Positions 10,280 through 18,571 of a stretch of DNA of 53,032 nt are shown here, in pieces; the first letter of the stretch is position 1, and each line of letters begins with the position of its first letter. A program made the translations under genes and the position numbers. The stretch lies in IMG/VR virus record IMGVR_UViG_3300027872_000009, positions 1 to 53,032 of that record; one strand, written 5' to 3'. Source of the DNA: a virus (Duplodnaviria > Caudoviricetes). The notes beneath the pieces are model-generated. The model ran no database searches. It was not told where the DNA came from and saw only the letters and a list, made by a program, of their open reading frames with translations.

Positions 10280-10497
10280 TGACATTAATTCATAATTGGA
10301 AAAAGATCGCCCGGTACGCATGGTCGTTCCGGTTGATGGGGATAGCGGCGGTTTTGACCGGGCTTGAAGTTGCGCTGCCGCTCTTCCAGCATCGGATACC
10401 GATCCCGAACGGATACCTTGCGCTCGGCTCTGGTATCTTGACGGCGGTGGCCATGACGATGCGGGTAATTTCGCAGAAAAAATTTCAGGAGGATTAA
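10276..10497 (+). CDS. Putative holin
   Basis: 73 aa, two hydrophobic segments, N-terminal LIHNWKKIARYAWSFRL; upstream of the endolysin. Confidence 0.65.
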   Translation: MMTLIHNWKKIARYAWSFRLMGIAAVLTGLEVALPLFQHRIPIPNGYLALGSGILTAVAMTMRVISQKKFQED

Positions 10498-10728
10498 ATG
10501 TCTGTCATACCCCTCAAGACGTTCAAGTCGGAATGCGCGGAGGATCTGATTGAAATTCTGGAGGACAAACTTGCGCGCGCCAAGGAAGGAGAATTTTCCA
10601 CCGGTGCGGTTGTCCTAGTCAGGCCCGACGGTTCGATTATGTGCCATTTTTCAAAATCTGAAAACACTCATGCGTTAGTCGCCGGCTGCTCATATCTGGC
10701 GCACGATATAATGGAAGGAAATTATTGA
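10498..10728 (+). CDS. Hypothetical protein
   Basis: Strong GGAGG SD; abuts the holin. Confidence 0.55.
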   Translation: MSVIPLKTFKSECAEDLIEILEDKLARAKEGEFSTGAVVLVRPDGSIMCHFSKSENTHALVAGCSYLAHDIMEGNY

Positions 10729-10866
10729 TGGCTTGCATAGGATTTAGCCTTGGTCGCTGGTGCGGCTCGCATGGGCGTTGGCTTTCTCGGCAACGAATGT
10801 ATTTTCGCGGATACCGATGGACGCCGTTTGTCTGGATCAAGTTTCGTTATTGAGGAGGATTAAGCC

Positions 10867-11358
10867 ATGGCCATGCCAAGGATGCCACGGAAGCTGGTTC
10901 CAAAGAGCCGGCTTGGAAAGGGCGGTGCCATCTTGGCCCTTGCCGTTGTCACCGTCGGAGCCTTCGAGGGCGTTCGAACTGCCGCCTACAAAGATGTTGT
11001 CGGGGTGCCGACGGTCTGCTTCGGCGAAACGCGCGGCGTCCAGATGGGTGACAAGCACACCATGGCTGAATGCAAGGAAATGCTCGGCGGTGCGCTGGCC
11101 GAATTTTCTGCCGGCTTGGACAAATGCCTGAAGGTCGAGACGCCGGACAAGACCTATGTCGCCTTCGTTTCATGGGCCTACAACGTCGGCCTCGGCGCAG
11201 CCTGCCGCTCAACGCTTGTCCGTAAAGCCAACGCTGGCGATCTGGTGGGAGCCTGCAATCAGCTTCCAAGATGGAACCGGGCCGGGGGCCGGGTATGGCG
11301 CGGCTTGACCCGTCGGCGCACGGACGAGCGCGCAATGTGCCTAGAGGGCCTTCGATGA
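10867..11358 (+). CDS. Endolysin, GH24 lysozyme with N-terminal SAR segment
   Basis: Catalytic E-x8-D-x5-T (FEGVRTAAYKDVVGVPT), AYNVG and GLTRRR motifs; basic then Gly/Ala-rich hydrophobic N-terminus. Confidence 0.92.
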   Translation: MAMPRMPRKLVPKSRLGKGGAILALAVVTVGAFEGVRTAAYKDVVGVPTVCFGETRGVQMGDKHTMAECKEMLGGALAEFSAGLDKCLKVETPDKTYVAFVSWAYNVGLGAACRSTLVRKANAGDLVGACNQLPRWNRAGGRVWRGLTRRRTDERAMCLEGLR

Positions 11359-11801
11359 TTGGGCTTATGAACCCGTTACCGATGGCCATTGCGGGCCTTG
11401 TGGCCCTGTCTGTGGTCGCTGGTGCCTATGTCAAGGGCCGGGTCGACGGTCGGGAACTGGCAAGCGCGGATCATTTGCGCGCAATTGCCTCCCTGAATGG
11501 CCAGATCAAGGAAGCCAACGACCGGAACCGTGCGACCGAACAGCGCAGGCGGCAGGCCTTCACCGATGTTGTCGAGGCGAGAAACAAGAATATGGCGATG
11601 GTTGCCAAGGTCAAGGCGGCAGCGGCAGCGGACTATCAGGAAAGGCTTGGAAAATATGAAGCGGAACTCGATGCGGAGCGAATTTCCAACGCCGCTCGAC
11701 TCGTGGAATACGAGAAAGAAATTTCGGATATTACCTGTGGTTGTTTGCTTAATGAGCGCGACCTTGACAGGATGCGGCGCGGCGAGGCCGCTGTTGATTG
11801 A
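11355..11801 (+). CDS. Inner-membrane spanin (Rz-like)
   Basis: N-terminal TM helix, coiled coil and C-terminal Cys; follows the endolysin. Confidence 0.7.
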   Translation: MIGLMNPLPMAIAGLVALSVVAGAYVKGRVDGRELASADHLRAIASLNGQIKEANDRNRATEQRRRQAFTDVVEARNKNMAMVAKVKAAAAADYQERLGKYEAELDAERISNAARLVEYEKEISDITCGCLLNERDLDRMRRGEAAVD

Positions 11802-12030
11802 ACAGCCATTGCCTGAAATGGCAATAATTCCGCCGCTCCCCGACAGTTTGGCGAAACCATGCGAGCGCGTTATCCCAAGATTGGGAAAGGACGCCCGCAT
11901 CGAACTTTACCGGACCTTAGTGGTTCTTGAGCATTGCGCGGCCGACAAAGATGATGGGGCAGATTTTTATCTCGATATCCGGCAGGCGCAGATCGAGGCG
12001 GCGATAACTGTGAAAAGGGAAACCCCGTGA
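11656..12030 (+). CDS. Outer-membrane spanin lipoprotein (Rz1-like); start codon uncertain
   Basis: Lipobox LTGC followed by a Pro-rich segment; overlaps the i-spanin in another frame. Confidence 0.7.
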   Translation: MKRNSMRSEFPTPLDSWNTRKKFRILPVVVCLMSATLTGCGAARPLLIEQPLPEMAIIPPLPDSLAKPCERVIPRLGKDARIELYRTLVVLEHCAADKDDGADFYLDIRQAQIEAAITVKRETP

Positions 12031-12482
12031 TCCTGACGACGTCGGCGAAAAGGGCATGGACAATCGGCGCTACCATTGCTGCCGGTATTATCCTGATCGG
12101 CGGAGCCGTCACCGCGATGTTTGCAATGTCGAAATTGATCAATGCGTCGGCGACCGATAGTGAAGTCCTGACCGCTTTCAATACCGTCAACGGCCGAGTC
12201 GAGAGTCATGAGCAACACGTCGACCCTAAACTGATTCAGCTTGCCGGGGGCCTGACCGCGATCGAAAAGGCAACGGCATATAACGCTTGGCAAAACTCAC
12301 GCGACGGCCTCGCCCGCGATAAGGCTTTTTTGTACGACGTTCAAAAGGAAATGAAGATTGCGCCAAGCGATGCGGCGGCGGCGCGGGTGCGGTCGCTTAC
12401 AACATCAATTGAGGAAGGCATAAACGAAACGCGACGGAACCATTGCGCGTTCCTGAAACTCGAGGGCAAGCCCTGTTTTTGA
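12027..12482 (+). CDS. Hypothetical membrane-anchored coiled-coil protein
   Basis: N-terminal TM segment; coupled to the spanin. Confidence 0.55.
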   Translation: MILTTSAKRAWTIGATIAAGIILIGGAVTAMFAMSKLINASATDSEVLTAFNTVNGRVESHEQHVDPKLIQLAGGLTAIEKATAYNAWQNSRDGLARDKAFLYDVQKEMKIAPSDAAAARVRSLTTSIEEGINETRRNHCAFLKLEGKPCF

Positions 12483-12504
12483 CGGGCGGCGGTGGTGACA
12501 ATCA

Positions 12505-12804
12505 ATGATTAATTATCTTTTTGCCGGGGTGACGCTTGTTCTGATTTGCTGGACGGCCCCGGCGCTGGCGAGCCATCCACATGCTTGCTCAAATACCGTG
12601 CGGATCGAATCCGACCTTGCCATGAAATACAATGAAGCCGTGACGGCGACTGGTACGGCAAATCAATACGCAATGAAGGTGTTTCTTTCGGAAACCGGGT
12701 CGTGGACAATCATTTACACCAGCCCGGCAGGATTTAGTTGCGTTATGCTGGCCGGTGAGGATTGGGAGGCCGTGCCATGGGAAGCACCGGGGCGGAAAAG
12801 TTAG
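12505..12804 (+). CDS. Small secreted protein
   Basis: Signal peptide ending ALA; C..L..KY.E...SETGSWTI...G.SC...GE.W pattern recalled from alphaproteobacterial phage/GTA-associated proteins. Confidence 0.6.
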   Translation: MINYLFAGVTLVLICWTAPALASHPHACSNTVRIESDLAMKYNEAVTATGTANQYAMKVFLSETGSWTIIYTSPAGFSCVMLAGEDWEAVPWEAPGRKS

Positions 12805-12908
12805 CCGGCGTTGCGCTTGCTGCCCTTATCCGCCTTCAACCAGAGATAAAAGATCAGGGCCGCTTGCCCAACGGCCATTCCGGCGTAAAATATCAGAAAT
12901 TCATACAT
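12801..12908 (-). CDS. Small membrane peptide (35 aa), not in the ORF track
   Basis: MYEFLIFYAGMAVGQAALIFYLWLKADKGSKRNAG; overlaps the stop of the upstream gene. Confidence 0.4.
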   Translation of the reverse strand: MYEFLIFYAGMAVGQAALIFYLWLKADKGSKRNAG

Positions 12909-13176
12909 CATTTTTCTCCGGTTCGGCCAGTCCAACAGTGCCTAAAACGACAGCCGAGGCATCAGGAAGGACAACAGGCCCCGCGCCGGTCAGATGGTCG
13001 TGCATATTCATTATTGGATTTGCGAACCATCCAACCATCAGGCCCTGATCGATTTCAAGACCCTTATCCACGACAATTTGCTGGAACGCTTCGGCCCATT
13101 TCATCGCATCATGGCCGCAGGCTGATAGCAATTCTGGGCCATTCATTACTGTATAATCAGGCTGGTCAACCATCAT
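12901..13176 (-). CDS. Hypothetical protein
   Basis: Coupled member of the leftward operon. Confidence 0.6.
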   Translation of the reverse strand: MMVDQPDYTVMNGPELLSACGHDAMKWAEAFQQIVVDKGLEIDQGLMVGWFANPIMNMHDHLTGAGPVVLPDASAVVLGTVGLAEPEKNDV

Positions 13177-13477
13177 TCTTCTCCGGTTCGGTTAGCGGGT
13201 CAGGGCTGAAGGCGAGCATGTCGCGGTAGATTTCAATCCCACCTTTTTTATCCATATATGGCCGGCACCCTGCCGTGAGCATTTCTTCAGTCGGCTCCAC
13301 CGGAACCAGCTTCCAGCCGTGGCTACCGTCGAGTGCAGCAATGATGGCTTTGGCGGCTGCAACATTTTCCTCGTCGAAAGAGGGAAAACTATAATTCAGA
13401 GCATACATATCCTCGCGTAATTCTAGGACCGCTGCCCATTCTATCAGTGCCACTTTCTCTATAAGGTCGTTAGTCAT
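13166..13477 (-). CDS. Hypothetical protein
   Basis: GWKLVPVEPTEEMLTAG motif common in phage accessory proteins. Confidence 0.65.
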   Translation of the reverse strand: MTNDLIEKVALIEWAAVLELREDMYALNYSFPSFDEENVAAAKAIIAALDGSHGWKLVPVEPTEEMLTAGCRPYMDKKGGIEIYRDMLAFSPDPLTEPEKNDG

Positions 13478-13976
13478 ACAGGTGTCCTCTCACTATCTGT
13501 TCGCCCCGATAATCGTTGCCTGTTCCCGCCCATAGGCAGGCTGCCCAGCAAACGGCTTTGTAAATTCCTCCATAACGGCTCCAATATTTTACTTCGTTTC
13601 CGTCTCGGTGGAGTTGGTCATGGCATGGCCGGCACAATGGAACGGTCCAGCAATCGTCCGGCTTCTGCGTTCCTGACTCCCGTTTCCCGGCCCGCTCGCA
13701 AGCCGGCTTGATATGATGGGGATCTGAGTGGTCAGGGAGGCCACAGGCGACACAGGGGAGCGTTCTGATCCAAACTAGGTGATCTGGCACCGTGGGACGC
13801 TTGTCGCGCTGTGGCGGGCCTGAAAAAGCCGTGCCGGGCGGTTGCACCTTACTCGTCATTGTTAAGCCCCTCACATGCTCTGCCTGTCGTTTGATTTTCT
13901 CCATTTCAGGATCAACACCGTTTTCCTTTAGTATTCTGGCATCCCTTTTTCGCTCCCAATCCTGCACCTTACTCAT
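13470..13976 (-). CDS. DUF968 / HNH-like nuclease-fold protein
   Basis: HLVWIRTLPCVACG..DPHH..DD..TVPLCRPCHDQLH. Confidence 0.8.
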   Translation of the reverse strand: MSKVQDWERKRDARILKENGVDPEMEKIKRQAEHVRGLTMTSKVQPPGTAFSGPPQRDKRPTVPDHLVWIRTLPCVACGLPDHSDPHHIKPACERAGKRESGTQKPDDCWTVPLCRPCHDQLHRDGNEVKYWSRYGGIYKAVCWAACLWAGTGNDYRGEQIVRGHLYD

Positions 13977-14316
13977 TGCACAGCGCCCAAAGTGTCGACT
14001 CACACCCGGACGCGGTATCCTTGCCGCCTATGGTTGGCTCCACCCATCCACCCCGCACCAAATCAGACATGCGCTTCCAGACTTGCCGTTCACGCAAGTT
14101 CGCCCGGACGGCGATATCCTCGTAGTTCATGGGGTGGGGGTGGGCCTTCATGGCTTCCACGATTTTGTCCATGTGCGTTCCGGCGCGGTAACTCGCCCGC
14201 TTGGCTGCTCTGTGGCTTGTGGCCTTGTCGGTCCGCCGCGCGTGTTTTTTGGCAAAGTCGAATGGGACGTCACCCGGTTTTGAGAACATATCCGATTGAC
14301 GTTTATCGTTTTTCAT
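13969..14316 (-). CDS. Winged-helix DNA-binding protein
   Basis: ARRTDKATSHRAA followed by an HTH-like EDIAVRANL..QVWKRMSDLVRGGWV. Confidence 0.7.
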   Translation of the reverse strand: MKNDKRQSDMFSKPGDVPFDFAKKHARRTDKATSHRAAKRASYRAGTHMDKIVEAMKAHPHPMNYEDIAVRANLRERQVWKRMSDLVRGGWVEPTIGGKDTASGCESTLWALCNE

Positions 14317-14490
14317 TTCTTCTCTCCTTGTGCAAATGCCGTTCGGATTTCCCCTTGCCTTTTGTCAACGGCATGTTCTTGCCGGAGGACAGTTCGAGGA
14401 CCCGCTTTTCATGCTTTAGAAAATCGCTTTTCCGTTTCACGTCTTTGGCTTTGTGCCGCCGGATGCCGCTCAACTTGGCGTGCCTTTGCA

Positions 14491-14820
14491 TCAGCCTATC
14501 CTTTCCCGCCCTCTGTAATTCGCGCTTTCGGTACGCCATGCGTCAATGACCGCGATTGCGTGTTTTTCTTTTTTGACGTGCCAGATCACTTGCTCGCCGG
14601 CGACCGCCTCGCGTTCGGTAGCCGCCAGAAGATCAGGGTGGCACTCTGCTTTCGCGTTGCGCTCCGCGACGGTCCCAACATACCCTAAAAACAAACGGCC
14701 TCTGGTGGCCTTTACATTGGCCTCGGCGCGGGTCTTTTCGGCGGCGGCGGCGGCGGCCGGCTTGGCATAATGTACCATCCAGTCAAACGCCGTTTGAACC
14801 ATGTCGTCGGTGATCAGCAT
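14491..14820 (-). CDS. Conserved phage helical protein beside the recombinase
   Basis: GTVAERNAKA..IDAWRTESAN motif; coupled to neighbours. Confidence 0.6.
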   Translation of the reverse strand: MLITDDMVQTAFDWMVHYAKPAAAAAAEKTRAEANVKATRGRLFLGYVGTVAERNAKAECHPDLLAATEREAVAGEQVIWHVKKEKHAIAVIDAWRTESANYRGRERIG

Positions 14821-15023
14821 CAGCCCGCCTCCTTGGCCGGCAATGTCGGCAAGGGCATCCACCATTTGGGATGCCATTCTACGCCTCCCCGCTGGCTGTA
14901 AACCAACCTTCCTCCGCCGCTTCGATAGCGAACAACTGCAACCTTGAAGAATGTTGCGTTCGGCTTTGCTATCAAAAACGCCGTGCCGTCCTTCGGCGCT
15001 GTTTCAATGGGTTGCCAGTCCAT
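14820..15023 (-). CDS. DUF551-like protein
   Basis: WQPIETAPKDGT ... WMPLP. Confidence 0.75.
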   Translation of the reverse strand: MDWQPIETAPKDGTAFLIAKPNATFFKVAVVRYRSGGGRLVYSQRGGVEWHPKWWMPLPTLPAKEAG

Positions 15024-15916
15024 CAGCCCGCCTCAACGGTTTCAATCATCCCCGGCAACAGCCGCTTTTCCAGCGCGCAGGCATCGCCCGGATGCGCTAC
15101 CCAAAACTGACGCAATGGCTGCTTGTTAATCTCAAAAAACTGGGCGACCATTTCCGGGGTATGCTGTGGATCGTCGGCCCATTCCATGACCCGGTCGTAA
15201 AGCTGGCCGACCGGTACAAAATCGATCGGCATTCCCGGTTGCCATGAAATTGCGATGGTGTTGTCGGCTGCCAATAATTTTTGCCGGTTCTCTTCCTTGT
15301 GCGCTTCGATCCGTTCGGCCGCGCTCATATCAGACGCAACGGCCTGATCCATTTCTGCCTCGGCATAGACCCCGGAAAACACGTCGGGCCAGCCGGCGCG
15401 CAGGGCTTGCTGCGTGGCACATTTGGTTGTCATCACGCGCGGCATCTTTGGCCATTGCGTTTTGTAGTCGAGGACATATTCGTCGGTCGGTTTGTTGTCT
15501 TTCCAAGCGGGCTTGAGCGGAGCAAATTCGGTCCACCGTGCCTCGCCGACAACCTTGTGCCACTCGCCACGGTTGTCCTGCTTGAACAGATAGACGGTAC
15601 AAGAGACGATGCCGGCCGGGTTGGTCGGGCCGATCAGGGTTTCGTCAATCTCAAATGTGGCCTGTTCACTGGCCGGGCGGTAGTCGCCGCATCGTTGTGC
15701 AAGAATGCGTTGCCCGTCGATACCGACGACGATCGACATCTTGCGCTTGGCCGGGTCGTGCTTGGAAAACACAAGCGGCATGACCTGCTTCCTAAACGGG
15801 TCGAGGCCAAGCCGCGAAACCACCTCCATGAAAAGTTCAAATTCTTGCTTGTCGCAATCGCTGGCGATGGTCCGGCGGATCAAATCCAACTGTTTTCCAT
15901 TGAGCGTATAGTCCAT
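15023..15916 (-). CDS. bet: Phage single-strand annealing recombinase, Bet/RecT family
   Basis: EFELFM..LGLDPFRKQ, VGIDGQR..AQR.GDY and W.KMPRVM..KCA..QALRAGWP...GVY..EM. Confidence 0.9.
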   Translation of the reverse strand: MDYTLNGKQLDLIRRTIASDCDKQEFELFMEVVSRLGLDPFRKQVMPLVFSKHDPAKRKMSIVVGIDGQRILAQRCGDYRPASEQATFEIDETLIGPTNPAGIVSCTVYLFKQDNRGEWHKVVGEARWTEFAPLKPAWKDNKPTDEYVLDYKTQWPKMPRVMTTKCATQQALRAGWPDVFSGVYAEAEMDQAVASDMSAAERIEAHKEENRQKLLAADNTIAISWQPGMPIDFVPVGQLYDRVMEWADDPQHTPEMVAQFFEINKQPLRQFWVAHPGDACALEKRLLPGMIETVEAG

Positions 15917-16443
15917 TATTTCCTCCTTACGGTGAGAGATATGGAACCGTTGTCGAGTTCGGCTCCGGCAACTTCCATGCCCGGATGTAGTTCGTCACCC
16001 TTGAGCGTAACAAGCACGGCCTTCTTGTCCAGCTTGGGAGCCGGGCGCTCTTGTTCGATCCAGTATTTGAGCGGGATTTCTGACTCGTCCAAGATGACAA
16101 GGCCCGGTGCGATTTTACGCAAACTGAGCGTAGCGGTCGGCAGGGTGATCTTCTGTTGTTCACAGATCACCATGGCCTGTTCGACCAAGGCGCGAATACG
16201 GTTGACGCGATTTTTCAGGATGGTTTTCCGCTCGCCAAATTCCGCGATCTTTTTGGCAAGGCCCATGACCATGATTTCGGTTTCGTCGATCGCGTCAACC
16301 GCTTTGGCGATGATTTCGATCAGGCCGGTTTGGCCTTCTACGGCATTCAAAATGTCGTCCGGGTTGGTGCCTATTTCGTCGGCAAATTCGGCCAAGAGTT
16401 GGCGGCTGGCTTCCATTTCCATGCGGAGTTTGTATTCGTCCAT
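15916..16443 (-). CDS. Siphovirus Gp157-family protein
   Basis: Coiled coil then LVILDESEIP.KYW...PKLDKKAV...GAEL; adjacent to the recombinase. Confidence 0.85.
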   Translation of the reverse strand: MDEYKLRMEMEASRQLLAEFADEIGTNPDDILNAVEGQTGLIEIIAKAVDAIDETEIMVMGLAKKIAEFGERKTILKNRVNRIRALVEQAMVICEQQKITLPTATLSLRKIAPGLVILDESEIPLKYWIEQERPAPKLDKKAVLVTLKGDELHPGMEVAGAELDNGSISLTVRRK

Positions 16444-16673
16444 TACGCTGCCTCCACCTGTTCCGCCTGCCGCAATGCTTGGATCGCGGCGAAAGCATCA
16501 CGCAGGATATCCGCTTCGCCCTTGTCACAAAGAAAGAAGGTGATGTCGCCACCGGGCTGTGTCAGTTCAACAGAGCCGAAGGGCTCGACGCGCTTGTCCG
16601 TGGGCGGGAAGTTGGTTGACTTGACAGAAAAATCGCCCTTGATGTGGGCCGAAATATAAATTTTGTTGGCCAT
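16443..16673 (-). CDS. Hypothetical protein
   Basis: Coupled to Gp157; downstream of a predicted promoter. Confidence 0.5.
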   Translation of the reverse strand: MANKIYISAHIKGDFSVKSTNFPPTDKRVEPFGSVELTQPGGDITFFLCDKGEADILRDAFAAIQALRQAEQVEAA

Positions 16674-16697
16674 CGGGTTTCTCTTTTTCACGGTTTC

Positions 16698-16726
16698 AAA
16701 TTAGACGGTAATTGCCAGCGTGGCAA
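16698..16726 (-). promoter_or_regulatory. Sigma70-like promoter overlapping a palindromic operator
   Basis: TTGCCA-17nt-TAATTT on the minus strand; perfect TTGCCA-N3-TGGCAA palindrome at 16712-16726. Confidence 0.6.
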
Positions 16727-16733
16727 GGTTTAG

Positions 16734-17084
16734 TTATTCGGTTTCAGCGCGTCGTTTTTGCCCGCGCCGGCCTGCTTTCATCGCCATCATAAAACTTTTG
16801 GAATAGCCTTTAAGGTATTTTTCGGCGGCAACTTCCGCAGCCTCATCGGACAGCCCATCTTTCAAAAAGTTATTGAAAAAGAAGCTATGTTCGGAGGACA
16901 ATCCGATCGTCATTCCCATTAGCAAGGTGGACGGTTTGGAATTAGGGCGTTCCATTTCGGCATTGTAAAAATCCTTGAGAACATCGCCAAGCGGCGTCAT
17001 TGTCATTCGATCAAAAACGGCGAGAGTCGGTTCTCGGCCCTTTCCCATCCTGTCGATAATTGAGTCCAAAAGTTTGTCGGTCAT
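16734..17084 (-). CDS. Hypothetical protein
   Basis: GGAGG SD; coupled to the upstream gene. Confidence 0.6.
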   Translation of the reverse strand: MTDKLLDSIIDRMGKGREPTLAVFDRMTMTPLGDVLKDFYNAEMERPNSKPSTLLMGMTIGLSSEHSFFFNNFLKDGLSDEAAEVAAEKYLKGYSKSFMMAMKAGRRGQKRRAETE

Positions 17085-17443
17085 GTGCCGAACCTCCTGT
17101 CATATCGCCGCGCCAGAAGATGGCCGCGCAAGGCGATCAGGCGATTACCGTCGGCGCACCAATAATTGGCAGCGGCCATTCGCATTTCGTTCGCCACCTG
17201 TTTGCTGATTTCGTCATCTGCCGGAAGGTGGTTTTCGGCTTTCCACGCAAACGGCCCGTACAGGGCGTCGAGTAGCTTCGACTGGCGGTAGCATGGGCCG
17301 CATTCGATCAGAAAGGTGGCCTCACGCTTGACGGATCGGATTATGGCACGACGCCCCAAGGCAAAAAACAAGGCGGCCTGTGGCGCTTCGCTACCTGGAG
17401 GGGCCGGGCGCGTCTGAGGCGGGTTATATGGAATATTGGTCAT
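17081..17443 (-). CDS. Hypothetical protein
   Basis: AAGGA SD upstream. Confidence 0.55.
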   Translation of the reverse strand: MTNIPYNPPQTRPAPPGSEAPQAALFFALGRRAIIRSVKREATFLIECGPCYRQSKLLDALYGPFAWKAENHLPADDEISKQVANEMRMAAANYWCADGNRLIALRGHLLARRYDRRFGT

Positions 17444-17471
17444 GGCTTATTCCTTTCGGAGTTGAAACGGG

Positions 17472-17497
17472 AAAACCCGCCGGCGGATACCGGCGGG
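17472..17497 (-). terminator. Rho-independent terminator after the DUF2786 gene
   Basis: CCCGCCGG/CCGGCGGG stem followed by TTTT on the minus strand. Confidence 0.6.
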
Positions 17498-17519
17498 CAT
17501 GTTCTGCAATGTGGGGCGC

Positions 17520-18254
17520 TTAGGCAATTGCGCCGGCGCTTTTCTTGGAGCCAACACCGGCGTTGATTGAGACCCGGTTGCCGGCCGCCTTGCCGGCGGA
17601 ATATGCGCCGTGTTCAGTACCATTTGAACGCCGTGCGGAGTTCCGGAGGTTCAGGTTCAACGCGGCAAAGGCTTCGGTGACGACGGCCATTTTGACCACT
17701 ACCAGTTCCTTGCCGGTCGTCTTGTGGCCAGCGTCGCGGGCCTTTTTCATGTCGCGCAGCCGGGCCGAAACGCGGCGCGTGTATCCGGCCATGAAGGAAG
17801 TCCGCAGGCGCTTGCCATGAACTTCGGAATCGCGATCAGGAGACTTTTTGTATGCCTTGAAATCGCTTTCCATGGCGGTCTTGATCAGCGCGGAAAGATA
17901 CTCCGCAATTTCGCGATCCTTGGGCATACCGAAGAAAACGATATCGGCCCCGCTCTGCCAAACCTCGCAGTCGCAATATGCGGCCACGGCCCCGACGGCA
18001 TAGGAAACCTCATGCGCCCGGCTGGCGTTCTTGTCGGGCGTTCCGTCTTTCCGGGTGTGCGTGTAATAGGTGGTCCGGCCTATCTTCTGCTTTTTCATCT
18101 GGACCTGAGAAAACGATAAATCGTATTTGTCCATGAGTTCGCCGGCCTTGTCGGCAGCCAGCATGGCTTCCTCTTCGGTACAGCCATTTTCTATCGTCTT
18201 GTTCAAAAGGCTGCGGATACGCTTGGCAATGGCGTCCTGTTTGATATTGGCCAT
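17520..18254 (-). CDS. DUF2786-domain protein
   Basis: IAKRIRSLL...GCTEEEAMLAADKAGELMDKYDL and SFMAGY...RL. Confidence 0.85.
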   Translation of the reverse strand: MANIKQDAIAKRIRSLLNKTIENGCTEEEAMLAADKAGELMDKYDLSFSQVQMKKQKIGRTTYYTHTRKDGTPDKNASRAHEVSYAVGAVAAYCDCEVWQSGADIVFFGMPKDREIAEYLSALIKTAMESDFKAYKKSPDRDSEVHGKRLRTSFMAGYTRRVSARLRDMKKARDAGHKTTGKELVVVKMAVVTEAFAALNLNLRNSARRSNGTEHGAYSAGKAAGNRVSINAGVGSKKSAGAIA

Positions 18255-18296
18255 GGTCTTTTTCTCCTGTTTCGACGAGTCATTTCGCCTGTCCCT

Positions 18297-18324
18297 AATA
18301 TATCCACTCCGGCAAGTTTTGCAA
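18297..18324 (-). promoter_or_regulatory. Leftward early promoter
   Basis: TTGCAA-16nt-TATATT; near-identical to the promoters at 22562 and 45458. Confidence 0.7.
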
Positions 18325-18338
18325 GGGAAGAAATGGGG

Positions 18339-18367
18339 TTGTCTTTTGCCGCGCTGGCAATTACCGT
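18339..18367 (+). promoter_or_regulatory. Rightward promoter with overlapping operator (probably leaderless transcript)
   Basis: TTGTCT-17nt-TACCGT ends 7 nt before the ATG at 18374; TTGCCG-N3-TGGCAA at 18346-18360. Confidence 0.5.
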
Positions 18368-18373
18368 TGGCAC

Positions 18374-18559
18374 ATGACACTCAAAGAATGGAAAGACGAA
18401 AAAGGCAAGAGCGGCAGCGAAATCGCCGCCGCGCTGGGCGTGCATCAAAGCACGGTCCACAAGTACCTTCACCAGAAGCGTATCCCCGAACCGTATATGA
18501 TCTATAATATCCAAAGGCTCACGGGAAATCGCGTGATGTTGGAGGACTGGATTATCTAG
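18374..18559 (+). CDS. Cro/XRE-like HTH regulator
   Basis: 61 aa; SGSEIAAALGVHQSTVHKYLHQKRIP...LTGNRV..EDW. Confidence 0.85.
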   Translation: MTLKEWKDEKGKSGSEIAAALGVHQSTVHKYLHQKRIPEPYMIYNIQRLTGNRVMLEDWII

Positions 18560-18571
18560 AAGGAGCAAAAT

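Noticed and set aside
13843-13976. 12-nt repeat TGCACCTTACTC (SKVQ twice) in the DUF968 gene
   Set aside because: Short; may mark an N-terminal addition or alternative start, but there is no further support.
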